A DNA stretch of 15,937 nt from a virus (lineage: Duplodnaviria > Heunggongvirae > Uroviricota > Caudoviricetes): the IMG/VR virus record IMGVR_UViG_2529292909_000010, one strand, 5' to 3'. Every line of letters begins with the position of its first letter. Within the stretch, counting starts at the first letter, position 1. Shown here in pieces: positions 1-7,832 of the stretch. The notes under the pieces were generated by a model. The model did no database searches. It was not told the origin of the DNA and saw only the letters and a program-made list of their open reading frames with translations. Position numbers and translations under genes: made by a program.

Positions 1-1119
1 TTAAATAACCAACTTAACCCATTCCTGACCTCGGGTATCGTTATAGCGATCGGTGGTAGCCTGGACTTTATGTCCCAGTAATGTTTTTGTATCGACACCC
101 TGTGCGCGGTACAACCGTTCTGACAGGGAGCGTTGTTCATGAAATGTTGGCGGTGTTTTTCCTGCTGGTGGAATTATTCCAGCCAGATCTCGCGCTTTGG
201 CGAAGTAATCGCTCAGGTTGTCTTTACTCATCGGTTTTGGTTGTTTCTGGTGCCTACTATGGATTAGATATGGACTTAATATTCTGTCTCGGCACCCATC
301 AATAACTTCTTTTAACGTTATCCCAATGGCATCACAGCGTAGTGTAAGCGGTAACGCCAGGCGCATTCCGGTTTTTCCTTGGGTGATATGCAAGTGTTCG
401 TTCCACACATCTGAAAAACGCATGTGGCAAATGTCATCACGGCGCTGACCAGTAACAATCGCAAGAAGCATTGCGTTACGGATAAAGTGTTTTTCAGGCG
501 TTGCGTTGTAAATTTTTTGCCAGTCTTCCAGGGTGAGTCTGGCTCTGGTTACTTTAGGGATCGGTTTACGGGTAGCCTCCGGAGGATTCCATCCAGGAGG
601 AACTTCTCCTGCATGCTGTGCTTCTTTATAAATATCAACCCATAATCCACGATTTACTCTCGCTGTGCTGACCATGTCTTTATCCAGCCAATCATCCAGT
701 ATTAATGCAAAGTCTCTTACTTCCAGTTCTTTCAATGGATGGTTTCCCAGACGGGAAACCAGGTATGCAGCCATTCGGGCTTTTTCTTTGTGAGTTGTAG
801 CTGCAATATCTCCATTTTTCAGTCGCGTGTCCTGTATTTTCAGATATCGATCAACCCATGCCTTTAATCTGATACCCCGACGTTTTGTTGCTGACGGACT
901 TTCATCAATTTTGCGCATGAAATATTCAGCTTCTGCTGCAGCTATTCGCTGATTGGCTGTGGAAGCGATTTTTTCTGCCTTACCTTTGTCTGTTCCGAGT
1001 CCGTGAAATTTTCCAGTCACAGGATTTTTATACTGGTAGTAAACTCTGCCAGTTCTGCGATCAAACTTTTCGTAAAGACCGGCTACGTCAGTGCTGTTTT
1101 TTCGTGGCCTCGGTGACAT
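1..1119 (-). CDS. int: Phage integrase, lambda-type tyrosine recombinase (372 aa)
   Basis: Full ORF with stop at 1-3; AAGGAG Shine-Dalgarno about 10 nt upstream of the ATG at 1119; C-terminal LGHKVQATTDRY resembles the His...Tyr catalytic region of tyrosine recombinases; sits next to an excisionase-like gene at the prophage edge. Confidence 0.9.
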   Translation of the reverse strand: MSPRPRKNSTDVAGLYEKFDRRTGRVYYQYKNPVTGKFHGLGTDKGKAEKIASTANQRIAAAEAEYFMRKIDESPSATKRRGIRLKAWVDRYLKIQDTRLKNGDIAATTHKEKARMAAYLVSRLGNHPLKELEVRDFALILDDWLDKDMVSTARVNRGLWVDIYKEAQHAGEVPPGWNPPEATRKPIPKVTRARLTLEDWQKIYNATPEKHFIRNAMLLAIVTGQRRDDICHMRFSDVWNEHLHITQGKTGMRLALPLTLRCDAIGITLKEVIDGCRDRILSPYLIHSRHQKQPKPMSKDNLSDYFAKARDLAGIIPPAGKTPPTFHEQRSLSERLYRAQGVDTKTLLGHKVQATTDRYNDTRGQEWVKLVI

Positions 1120-1357
1120 GAGTTAAAATCTCCTTCAGTGCATCATCATCGCCAGTATGAATTTCCGGCGCAATTCCCGTTTCACCAGGCCCAACAAATA
1201 CTGCTCGGCGATCTATCAGCCAACGCCCACGAATTTTTTGTGGCCTTGGAACGATGTATCCTAGTTTTCCGTATTTCACCAGGGTAGTGTTTGTTATTGG
1301 GAGACTGAACCGTTTTGGTTTCCACTCGTCGAGCGTTATCAGGTACTGTTCGCTCAT
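1088..1357 (-). CDS. xis: Excisionase (Xis-like), about 89 aa from the ATG at 1357
   Basis: Small ORF immediately upstream of int, overlapping its start by about 30 bp; remembered lambda Xis-like pattern (YLITLDEW...VPRPQKIRGRW); GGAG Shine-Dalgarno before the ATG at 1357; the ORF track begins at a GTG at 1366. Confidence 0.7.
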   Translation of the reverse strand: MSEQYLITLDEWKPKRFSLPITNTTLVKYGKLGYIVPRPQKIRGRWLIDRRAVFVGPGETGIAPEIHTGDDDALKEILTHVTEATKKQH

Positions 1358-1418
1358 GGCTATCACTCCGGAACGCGCCAGTTGCAGAATATCAACGACA
1401 ACTGGCGACGGTTGAACA

Positions 1419-3338
1419 TTAAAAATCAGCCTGACTCGGGATCAGTTTTTGCCAGATAACTGAAACGTATTTTGCCTGGTAACGGGCGTCATCAAGTGCA
1501 TTATGGCGCTCACCTTCGAATGGAATAGCCGTTCTGGCATCGAAGTCTATGGCTTTCCCCAGCTCAACGATTGTGCGTACATCGCGATCGTTGTAGTAAC
1601 GCCACGGGCAGGGGATCCCCTGCCGTTCGTATGAACGGCGCAAAATCGTGTTGTCGAAGTTGGCTCCATTTCCCCAGACCTGAACAAAAAATTCACCGGA
1701 GTTTTCGTCGATAAATTCCCGCAATTGTAACAGTGCATCATCTAACGGGATTTCATCGGTCATAATGGCAGATTGCGCTTCGCGTGATTGCTTAAGCCAC
1801 CATTTAATGGTGTCCCGATCAATGACTCCGCCAGCAGTTTCCAGATCGATAGTCTTACTAAATTCCGGTCCCATATCTCCGGTTTGCGGATCGAAAAATA
1901 TTGCACCTATTGAGATGATCGGGGCATCAGGATTTTTTCCCATGGTTTCAAGGTCGATCATTAGATGGTCACACGTCCTGCTGGTGGATGTGATTTCTTG
2001 ATGACCGTTCACCTTAATTGAGTGATCTGCCGTCTCGCCAGTTTCATTATCGCTATCGTGATGCTGATTGCCGCCAGTGTTCTCTTTGTGTGGATGTTCA
2101 GCGCCTTCCATTTCCTCCGGATCATCTTCCTGAACTTCAACCTGATACTCTTCATCGAATGTTTCCTGGTATGTTGCGTCGCCCATCACCGCGCCACAAT
2201 CAGGGCAGTTGCCGCCGCCGGTCTGACCGCAGGCGGTGCAGATCTTTTCCGGTTCCTGTTGCACTACTGGTTCAGGTTGTTTCGTTTCTGGCTCGTTTTG
2301 TTGCGTACTTGGGCTGTTTTGTTCCGCTTTCTGGTCGTTCTGTTCCGTTTCTTGCTGGTTCTGGTTCACAGAATCGCGGGTCTGGATCCCATTAACCCAT
2401 TTCGGATCATTCGGGTCGCTAATCCCTTCAACAAATTCACCACGTGATACTGCAAGCAGTTCATCGGCGTCAGGCTGGCTGATATTGGCTGCCTGCATAA
2501 TTTTGTTTACTTCGTCAGCGGTAACTTTTACTGACCCTGGTTGTGCGGTCGTGTCAGATGCACCAGTATTTTGTTGTGAACCTGAGTATGTACCGTTTTT
2601 GCGGGCGAAATATTCTTCTTTCGTGATTTCAGTAGCCCCAGCAGACAGCGCCTTATCCAGACCAGAAAGTTTGTTTGCGCGACCGTATTTTTCGCCATCC
2701 TTGTCGGTGAAGAGGAAGTAGAACGGCCCCTCACGTTCTACAGATGGTTCGACTTCCACTTTGCATTCGGTTTTTTCGTTGTCTGGAATTGCCGTTTCCA
2801 CTGCATCAGTTTCTGGTACTGGCGACGAGAGAGTATCAGTTGCGCTCTGATTTGTTCCTTCATCTTCAAACACGCCCTTTGTAGTCAGGTATTCAGTAAT
2901 GTATTTGTTCAGTGCCACAGGGTCTTTGTGAATGTCGATCGGACGTTCACGGACAAGGCCAAAAATAGTCTGGCGGTCGTAGCGAAGGGCATCAGGCTGT
3001 TTGCGCATTGATGCCGAGATACGCTTCCAGTCTTCGCGGTCGTTGTCGATAACTTCATTTTTTGCCCAGCGATGGATGCTGCCGTCAATGTTTCCGGCAT
3101 CCACATCACCAGGCCAGAGAGCGTAGGCCAGTTCGTCATCTAGTGTTTTCCATGTCTGCTTGTATTCGCGATGAATGGCAGCAATGACCGGGTTGATTTT
3201 TCCTGTTGAATTTTCAGTGTGCTGTTGATTGGCTCTGGCGCGGGCGAGATCAACAACAGACGTGTATTTTCCGGCTTCCTTGCGTTCACCTTCGCGACGT
3301 TTTTCCAGATGCGCATCTCTGCCTGAATTTCGGGCCAT
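1419..3338 (-). CDS. Phage exonuclease with C-terminal DEDDh 3'-5' exonuclease domain (639-aa ORF; true N-terminus uncertain)
   Basis: C-terminal about 180 aa carry DEDDh-like motifs (MIDLETMG; WGNGANFD; HNALDDARYQAKY). The centre is an acidic/Gln-rich low-complexity linker containing a CxxC...CxxC zinc-ribbon-like element (CTACGQTGGGNCPDCG). No clear Shine-Dalgarno before the ATG at 3338, and the first about 200 bp overlap the upstream ORF out of frame. Confidence 0.7.
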   Translation of the reverse strand: MARNSGRDAHLEKRREGERKEAGKYTSVVDLARARANQQHTENSTGKINPVIAAIHREYKQTWKTLDDELAYALWPGDVDAGNIDGSIHRWAKNEVIDNDREDWKRISASMRKQPDALRYDRQTIFGLVRERPIDIHKDPVALNKYITEYLTTKGVFEDEGTNQSATDTLSSPVPETDAVETAIPDNEKTECKVEVEPSVEREGPFYFLFTDKDGEKYGRANKLSGLDKALSAGATEITKEEYFARKNGTYSGSQQNTGASDTTAQPGSVKVTADEVNKIMQAANISQPDADELLAVSRGEFVEGISDPNDPKWVNGIQTRDSVNQNQQETEQNDQKAEQNSPSTQQNEPETKQPEPVVQQEPEKICTACGQTGGGNCPDCGAVMGDATYQETFDEEYQVEVQEDDPEEMEGAEHPHKENTGGNQHHDSDNETGETADHSIKVNGHQEITSTSRTCDHLMIDLETMGKNPDAPIISIGAIFFDPQTGDMGPEFSKTIDLETAGGVIDRDTIKWWLKQSREAQSAIMTDEIPLDDALLQLREFIDENSGEFFVQVWGNGANFDNTILRRSYERQGIPCPWRYYNDRDVRTIVELGKAIDFDARTAIPFEGERHNALDDARYQAKYVSVIWQKLIPSQADF

Positions 3339-3889
3339 TTGGCACCAGGCTTACATTTATGCTTAACCCACCCGATGGCATGCAGCTTAAGCTCCGGATA
3401 CATAGCGTTAACTTCTGGCATTTTCATCAACGCTTCAACGATATGGCCGTCGAATGTTGCCATGTCTTCCTGCAACAATTCCTGTGCGCTAATCACCATA
3501 TCAACAGTGATGTTTTCACATGTGTCGAACTTAACCATGAGAGCGTTCTGTACTTCAGGGGCCAGCTTGTCAAAAGTGACGTTCATCAGATCGGATTCAG
3601 TCTCAACCGGGACAAAAGAAGCAGAATCCTCATCCCAGCGGTTTTCCTGCATATATTCAGCATCCCATGAATCGAGGGCAGGGCGGGGTATGCCAGGTTT
3701 ATCCTCGCAGATAATAAATTTATAAGCGCAGTCCTGAGCAGCCGGATAATGTTCCAGGAACTGCCAGTGAAATTTTGCTCGAGCACGGCGTTCGTCGCCA
3801 GCTTCAATGGCTGTGGCTACAGCCACAGCGCCTTCTTCCCTTGTTGCCAGTTCGTCAGGAATGGCGGCGCAAATAAAGACTTTACTCAT
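3140..3889 (-). CDS. Hypothetical early-left operon protein (249-aa ORF; C-terminal about 50 aa doubtful, possibly the N-terminal part of a frameshifted fusion with the exonuclease)
   Basis: Long ORF with a GAGG Shine-Dalgarno before the ATG at 3889; protein-like composition for roughly the first 195 residues; the 3' end overlaps the 639-aa ORF by 199 bp in another frame, with an A5/T5 homopolymer at 3300-3304 in the overlap. Confidence 0.55.
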   Translation of the reverse strand: MSKVFICAAIPDELATREEGAVAVATAIEAGDERRARAKFHWQFLEHYPAAQDCAYKFIICEDKPGIPRPALDSWDAEYMQENRWDEDSASFVPVETESDLMNVTFDKLAPEVQNALMVKFDTCENITVDMVISAQELLQEDMATFDGHIVEALMKMPEVNAMYPELKLHAIGWVKHKCKPGAKWPEIQAEMRIWKNVAKVNARKPENTRLLLISPAPEPINSTLKIQQEKSTRSLLPFIANTSRHGKH

Positions 3890-3982
3890 TTTGTTTTAAC
3901 CTCATGACAGATTTAAGGATGAACAAATCCCTGCCATTGCTGGCATATAAGAATGAAACCGGATATTTATTACGGAACTGTT

Positions 3983-4174
3983 TTAAAGACCTGCCGGGAT
4001 TTCGATATTATCCTGGTGAATAACTTTATCGACCGGGTAACAGTTACCGGGAATTTTCTGTTCGGTTGCTGCAGTCATACACTCCTGCATTGTCCTGTGA
4101 ACACTGACTGCAATATCAACTGGCTCTCCGGAAACAAGAAAAACTGTCAGAACAAGTGCAAATGCTGTATTCAT
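3983..4174 (-). CDS. Small hypothetical protein with N-terminal signal-peptide-like segment (about 63 aa from the internal Met)
   Basis: From MNTAFALVLTVFLVSGEPVD: hydrophobic N-terminal stretch followed by a polar region; its ATG (4174-4172) overlaps the stop of the upstream ORF in an ATGA arrangement, suggesting translational coupling. Confidence 0.35.
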   Translation of the reverse strand: MNTAFALVLTVFLVSGEPVDIAVSVHRTMQECMTAATEQKIPGNCYPVDKVIHQDNIEIPAGL

Positions 4175-4359
4175 TGCCAGCATCCTTTTTGTATCGGACG
4201 TAAACGGGCCAACATTGAAAGAATGCATATTTTATTTAATAGCTCCCGTTCGTGTTTTCTCTTGTTAATGGCATCTTCAGTAAATACAGGGTTACTGATA
4301 GTGACACCAATTTCAAAACAACCTTCAGACGTATTAACGTTTGGTAATAACGTTTTCAT
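4171..4359 (-). CDS. Small hypothetical early protein (about 62 aa from the internal Met)
   Basis: ORF in the leftward early operon; TGAGGG Shine-Dalgarno about 9 nt upstream of the ATG at 4359; stop overlaps the start of the next small ORF. Confidence 0.35.
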   Translation of the reverse strand: MKTLLPNVNTSEGCFEIGVTISNPVFTEDAINKRKHERELLNKICILSMLARLRPIQKGCWQ

Positions 4360-4848
4360 TATCGCGCCCTCAACAATGAGTTTTGTGATGCGGTGCCTGG
4401 TGCCTCCAGGTGACGTTAACCAGTTAACAATTAACGCCGGATACAGAGAATCCAACCATAACACTGTTTTTGGTTTTAACTGTTCCGCGTGCGCTTAGCC
4501 GCATTCACCGCATCACAAAATTCACTTTAAAAAGGGCGGCAGAGCAGTCACGGAGTAAAACTGATACCGCCAAACGTCACCAGAAAATTGATAACAGAGG
4601 GCGTTGCAGCGGGGTTGTCACTTAAGCGTATGGTCAACCTGACAACCCGGTGTCCTCAACGGGGGAAGGAATAACCCCGCCATACTTACCGCCGCGCCAT
4701 TTCGCGGATTGCCACAACCAGAAGCGCACGGTCGAAGAAATTTAACGACAAGACTTATATGCAAAGGGATCTCGCCGTGCGCTTTCGTGTTATGCCCTGA
4801 CTTTTCAGGGTAAATTAACCTGTGGAAACCTGTTTTTACTGGCGCTAA

Positions 4849-5088
4849 TCAGTTAGCGTTTCTGGCTAACCAGCGATGCGCGGCAGCTTCGGTTTTAAAC
4901 GTTTTACTTTTGGTATACGTCATCGCGGTAAACGTGCCGTCCTGATTGGGAAACACGCCACATACCAGAGATTCGTTGTTGCCAAGCTCGATAGTATCCA
5001 TGCTGACCTCATTTCCCCTTAACGCTGGGGTAGCGGAACTAAAAACCTGCTGCGCTGTTATACAAAGTGTTCCCGCCGTCATGTTCAT
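4849..5088 (-). CDS. Small hypothetical protein, first gene of the leftward early transcript (possibly YdaF-like; start may be the internal ATG at 5001, giving about 50 aa)
   Basis: ORF directly downstream of the PL-like promoter; GAGG Shine-Dalgarno before the internal ATG at 5001; the YdaF resemblance is an unverified recollection. Confidence 0.45.
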   Translation of the reverse strand: MNMTAGTLCITAQQVFSSATPALRGNEVSMDTIELGNNESLVCGVFPNQDGTFTAMTYTKSKTFKTEAAAHRWLARNAN

Positions 5089-5182
5089 ACGCCTCGGGCT
5101 GGCTACTTAATCCCTGACCACTGCCGGGTAACTCTAGGTATTGCCCTGTATTGTGTGGGACGGGATGGGTTGGTATGGGAAA

Positions 5183-5250
5183 ACTATAGGAAATGCCTAA
5201 TTGCTTGTCAATAGGCTATGCCTAATGATTTGGGTGCGACCTAATAGGTG
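5183..5250 (-). promoter_or_regulatory. Leftward early promoter (PL-like) with OL-like operator repeats
   Basis: Minus strand reads TTGACA (5211-5206), 17-nt spacer, TATAGT (5188-5183). Overlapping near-palindromes carry the TAGGC/GCCTAA half-site (aTAGGCtatGCCTAA 5211-5225; GCCTAA 5195-5200; aCCTAAtAGGt 5239-5249). Confidence 0.6.
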
Positions 5251-5319
5251 ATGGTTTGTGGGAGAGGTAGTAGGAGTTAACTAACGGGAACTAGGAATTT
5301 CCCGTCGGACCATATAAGT

Positions 5320-5796
5320 TTAAGTTCCTGTCTTGGTGATGTTCTGGCTTTTCCGTTTTGATTCTTGATTTTTCAGATAGTTAGCTACCTTCATTTCCAT
5401 TGCGGCAATGTAGGCGCGAACGTCATGATCAACCCAACTAGGCTCCGTAGCATTTCCAGATAAGAGGAAAGCCACAATTGCTCTTTTTTCATCAGAGGCG
5501 GCTTGATAAAGGCTGTTTATGTCTAAAAGTTCACTTTTTGTATCTGAAGTGGATGGGGTTGGTATGGGGTATTCGTTAAGCCCCCAATGCTCTGGACCAA
5601 CCACATCAGAAAAGAAACGCCATAGTTCTGGAAGTTTGTCTTTACTTATCGAACCTTTCTTAATCCAGTCATGGATTGATGGTGGTTGGACTTTGAAATG
5701 ACGTGCGATTTCCGCCTTTGATTTGACGGCTCCTGATGCAATTTTTTTGTTGATGGCCTGCTCTATCGCTCGGCCTAAGTCTTTACCACTAAGCAT
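5320..5796 (-). CDS. Prophage repressor, RacR/CI-like HTH protein (158 aa)
   Basis: Divergent from the cro-like gene and sited between two operator clusters; HTH-like segment (AEIARHFKVQPPSIHDWIKKG); AGGAGA Shine-Dalgarno 8 nt upstream; same length and position as RacR in Rac-type immunity regions (recollection). Confidence 0.75.
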   Translation of the reverse strand: MLSGKDLGRAIEQAINKKIASGAVKSKAEIARHFKVQPPSIHDWIKKGSISKDKLPELWRFFSDVVGPEHWGLNEYPIPTPSTSDTKSELLDINSLYQAASDEKRAIVAFLLSGNATEPSWVDHDVRAYIAAMEMKVANYLKNQESKRKSQNITKTGT

Positions 5797-5824
5797 TGCT
5801 TAATAGTCTCCTATGCGCATCGCG

Positions 5825-5893
5825 TTAGGCAATCCCTACTCTCGAAGCGTTAGGCATAGCCTATTGACAATCGCATTAGGCTAAGCCTAATAT
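5825..5893 (+). promoter_or_regulatory. Rightward early promoter (PR-like) with three OR-like operators
   Basis: TTGACA (5864-5869), 18-nt spacer, TAATAT (5888-5893). Operators at about 25-bp spacing: TTAGGCaatcCCTAc (5825-5839), TTAGGCataGCCTAt (5850-5864, touching the -35) and the near-perfect palindrome TTAGGCtaaGCCTAA (5876-5890, overlapping the -10). Confidence 0.6.
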
Positions 5894-5920
5894 TATTGTG
5901 TGTTTTTTGGAGTTCATTCG

Positions 5921-6244
5921 ATGAAAAAAGATAACTATTCATTCAAACGAGCTTGTGCTGTTGTCGGTGGGCAATCAGCAATGGCTAGGCTTTTAGGTGT
6001 ATCTCCTCCAAGCGTAAATCAATGGATCAAAGGTGTACGTCAGTTGCCTGCTGAGAGATGTCCTGCGATTGAACGAGCAACAAAAGGTGGTGTCCTGTGT
6101 GAAGAACTTCGTCCTGATGTTGATTGGACATACTTACGACGCTCGTCATGTTATTCGCAGAATATGTCGATGAAGCAACCAAATGACGAAAACGATCATA
6201 CCCGAAGCATCAAGAGGCAAATGATTCATGAAAATCAAACATGA
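5921..6244 (+). CDS. Cro-like HTH regulator (YdaS-like, about 107 aa)
   Basis: First gene after the PR-like promoter; GGAG Shine-Dalgarno before the ATG at 5921; HTH-like segment (QSAMARLLGVSPPSVNQWIKG) resembling Rac YdaS (recollection). Confidence 0.7.
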   Translation: MKKDNYSFKRACAVVGGQSAMARLLGVSPPSVNQWIKGVRQLPAERCPAIERATKGGVLCEELRPDVDWTYLRRSSCYSQNMSMKQPNDENDHTRSIKRQMIHENQT

Positions 6245-6653
6245 GCACATCCGCATGGCGATGAATGCCTGGGCATATCCTGATGGTGAGAAAGTTCCAG
6301 CAGCTGGAATAACCCAGGCTTATTTTGAGTTGGGTATGACGTTCCCAGAACTGTATGACGACAGCCATCCGGAAGCCCTGGCTCGCAATACCCAGAAAAT
6401 TTTCCGCTGGGTAGAGAAAGACACCCCTGATGCAGTTGAAAAAATTCAGGCGTTGTTACCAGCGATCGAAAAGGCAATGCCACCTTTGCTGGTGGCCAGA
6501 ATGCGCAGCCACAGTTCAGCTTATTTTCGGGAGCTGGTGGAGACGCGGGAACGACTGGTGAGAGACGCTGATGATTTTGTCGCAGTGGCGATCGCTGGTT
6601 TCAACCAGATGAATCGTGGTGGCCCTGCAGGAAATATTGTGGCTGTGCATTGA
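6228..6653 (+). CDS. YdaT-like protein (141 aa), second gene of the rightward early operon
   Basis: Start overlaps the cro-like stop by 17 nt with an AAGAGG Shine-Dalgarno; size and position match YdaT of Rac-type prophages (recollection). Confidence 0.6.
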   Translation: MKIKHEHIRMAMNAWAYPDGEKVPAAGITQAYFELGMTFPELYDDSHPEALARNTQKIFRWVEKDTPDAVEKIQALLPAIEKAMPPLLVARMRSHSSAYFRELVETRERLVRDADDFVAVAIAGFNQMNRGGPAGNIVAVH

Positions 6654-6724
6654 CTCGCAATATTCATACCGGATCACTTCCGGCAATTTGTGAGTAAAAA
6701 GATTCGGTATCAAAAGAGGTGAGT

Positions 6725-7795
6725 ATGGCTAACGCCTGGCTCAGATTATGGCATGACATGCCAAATGACCCTAAGTGGCGAACAATTGCCAGGGTGTCAG
6801 GGCAGCCAATTGCAACAGTGATGGCAGTGTATATCCACCTCCTGGTGAGCGCGTCACGAAATGTCACGCGAGGTCACATTGATGTCACGACAGAAGATTT
6901 GGCAAGTGCGCTCGACGTGACAGAAGAGGTAATTGATTCAATTTTGCAGACGATGCAGGGGCGGGTACTTGATGGTGATTTAATCACTGGATGGGAAAAA
7001 CGCCAGGTGCTTAAAGAGGACAACGGCAATATTTCGCAAACCGCAAAATCTCCTGCAGAGCGCAAGAGGGCGCAGCGAGAGAGGGAAAGAAAGCGGGAAC
7101 AAAATGGCGATTGTCACGGCGCGTCACGAAATGTCACGCACATGTCACGACGAGTCACGACAGATAAAGATACAGATAAAGATACAGATCAAGAAGATCA
7201 AAACACTATGGTCCATGGCGTAAAAAACGCCACGAACCAGGCAGGGGATGTTCAGACCGTCAATCTTGGTCAGCCAGCAGGCACGACACCGGAAGCCGAT
7301 TCAGCGTATGCGCTGAAAGCCGATTCGGGCGCTGTGCAGCAGGTGATGACCGCAAGGCCGGAGCAATCACACCAACTGCAGCAGCCCGAAGCCGATTCTG
7401 CCATTCAGCGGGAAGCCGATCGGGTAGTCCCGGAAAACACCGGGCAGTCTGTGGGACGAGTGGATTATCCGGATGTGTTCGAACAGGTCTGGCGGGAGTA
7501 CCCGTTGCGTGCTGGGGCAAACCCGAAGAAATCCGCTTTCAGTGCCTGGAAGGCCAGATTACGCGAGGGGGTGCCACCAGAGGCCATGCTGGATGGCGTG
7601 AGGCGTTACGCAAGATACTTGGCGGCTACCGGGAAAACGGGAACGGAATTTGTTCAGCGAGCGACGACGTTTTTTGGACCGGACCGGAATTTTGAAAACC
7701 CCTGGTTGCTCCCGGTAAGCGGCACGAACAACCAGCGTTGTGTTAATCATATTTCTGAACCGGACACCGAAATTCCGCCGGGATTCAGAGGGTAA
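6725..7795 (+). CDS. Replication initiator (YdaU/O-like) with embedded iteron origin
   Basis: ATG at 6725 with AAGAGGTGAG Shine-Dalgarno (ORF track starts at a GTG at 6719); N-terminal region resembles YdaU-type phage replication proteins (recollection); two GTCACG iteron clusters and an AT-rich repeat lie inside the gene, as in lambda O. Confidence 0.65.
   Translation: MANAWLRLWHDMPNDPKWRTIARVSGQPIATVMAVYIHLLVSASRNVTRGHIDVTTEDLASALDVTEEVIDSILQTMQGRVLDGDLITGWEKRQVLKEDNGNISQTAKSPAERKRAQRERERKREQNGDCHGASRNVTHMSRRVTTDKDTDKDTDQEDQNTMVHGVKNATNQAGDVQTVNLGQPAGTTPEADSAYALKADSGAVQQVMTARPEQSHQLQQPEADSAIQREADRVVPENTGQSVGRVDYPDVFEQVWREYPLRAGANPKKSAFSAWKARLREGVPPEAMLDGVRRYARYLAATGKTGTEFVQRATTFFGPDRNFENPWLLPVSGTNNQRCVNHISEPDTEIPPGFRG
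6851..6890. repeat. Iteron cluster 1: four GTCAC(G/A) repeats at about 10-bp phasing
   Basis: GTCACG at 6853, 6863 and 6884, GTCACA at 6873; the 19-bp string gcgtcacgaaatgtcacgc is identical to 7121-7139. Confidence 0.6.
7111..7210. repeat. Iteron cluster 2 (five GTCACG at 10-11-bp phasing) plus adjacent AT-rich tandem repeat; putative replication origin
   Basis: GTCACG at 7113, 7123, 7133, 7144 and 7154, followed by cagataaagatacagataaagatacagatcaagaagatc (12-bp unit repeated twice, AT-rich). Confidence 0.6.
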
Positions 7796-7832
7796 CAGAT
7801 TTCAGGTCATGGGGTAATTTTCAGGAGGGCTT

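Noticed and set aside
1-60. Attachment-site core at the int-proximal prophage end
   Set aside because: The window begins at the int stop codon, so the att site must lie outside it; no repeat pair can be evaluated here.
2018-2721. Three overlapping plus-strand ORFs (125, 141 and 161 aa) inside the exonuclease gene
   Set aside because: Antisense to a long ORF with clear exonuclease motifs; their Leu/Phe/Cys-rich repetitive translations are the mirror of the acidic/Gln-rich linker codons.
3206-3725. Plus-strand ORFs (154 and 128 aa) opposite the 249-aa gene
   Set aside because: Antisense to a better-supported ORF; no start context; composition not protein-like.
3953-4498. Plus-strand 181-aa ORF
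   Set aside because: Cys-rich, low-complexity translation with no ribosome-binding site, lying antisense to better-supported coupled minus-strand ORFs in an AT-rich region; likely spurious.
7161-7200. Short tandem repeat (gataaagataca), considered as a CRISPR-like or satellite repeat
   Set aside because: Only two to three short units with no spacers; its position next to the iterons fits an AT-rich origin element, and no CRISPR array is present in the window.
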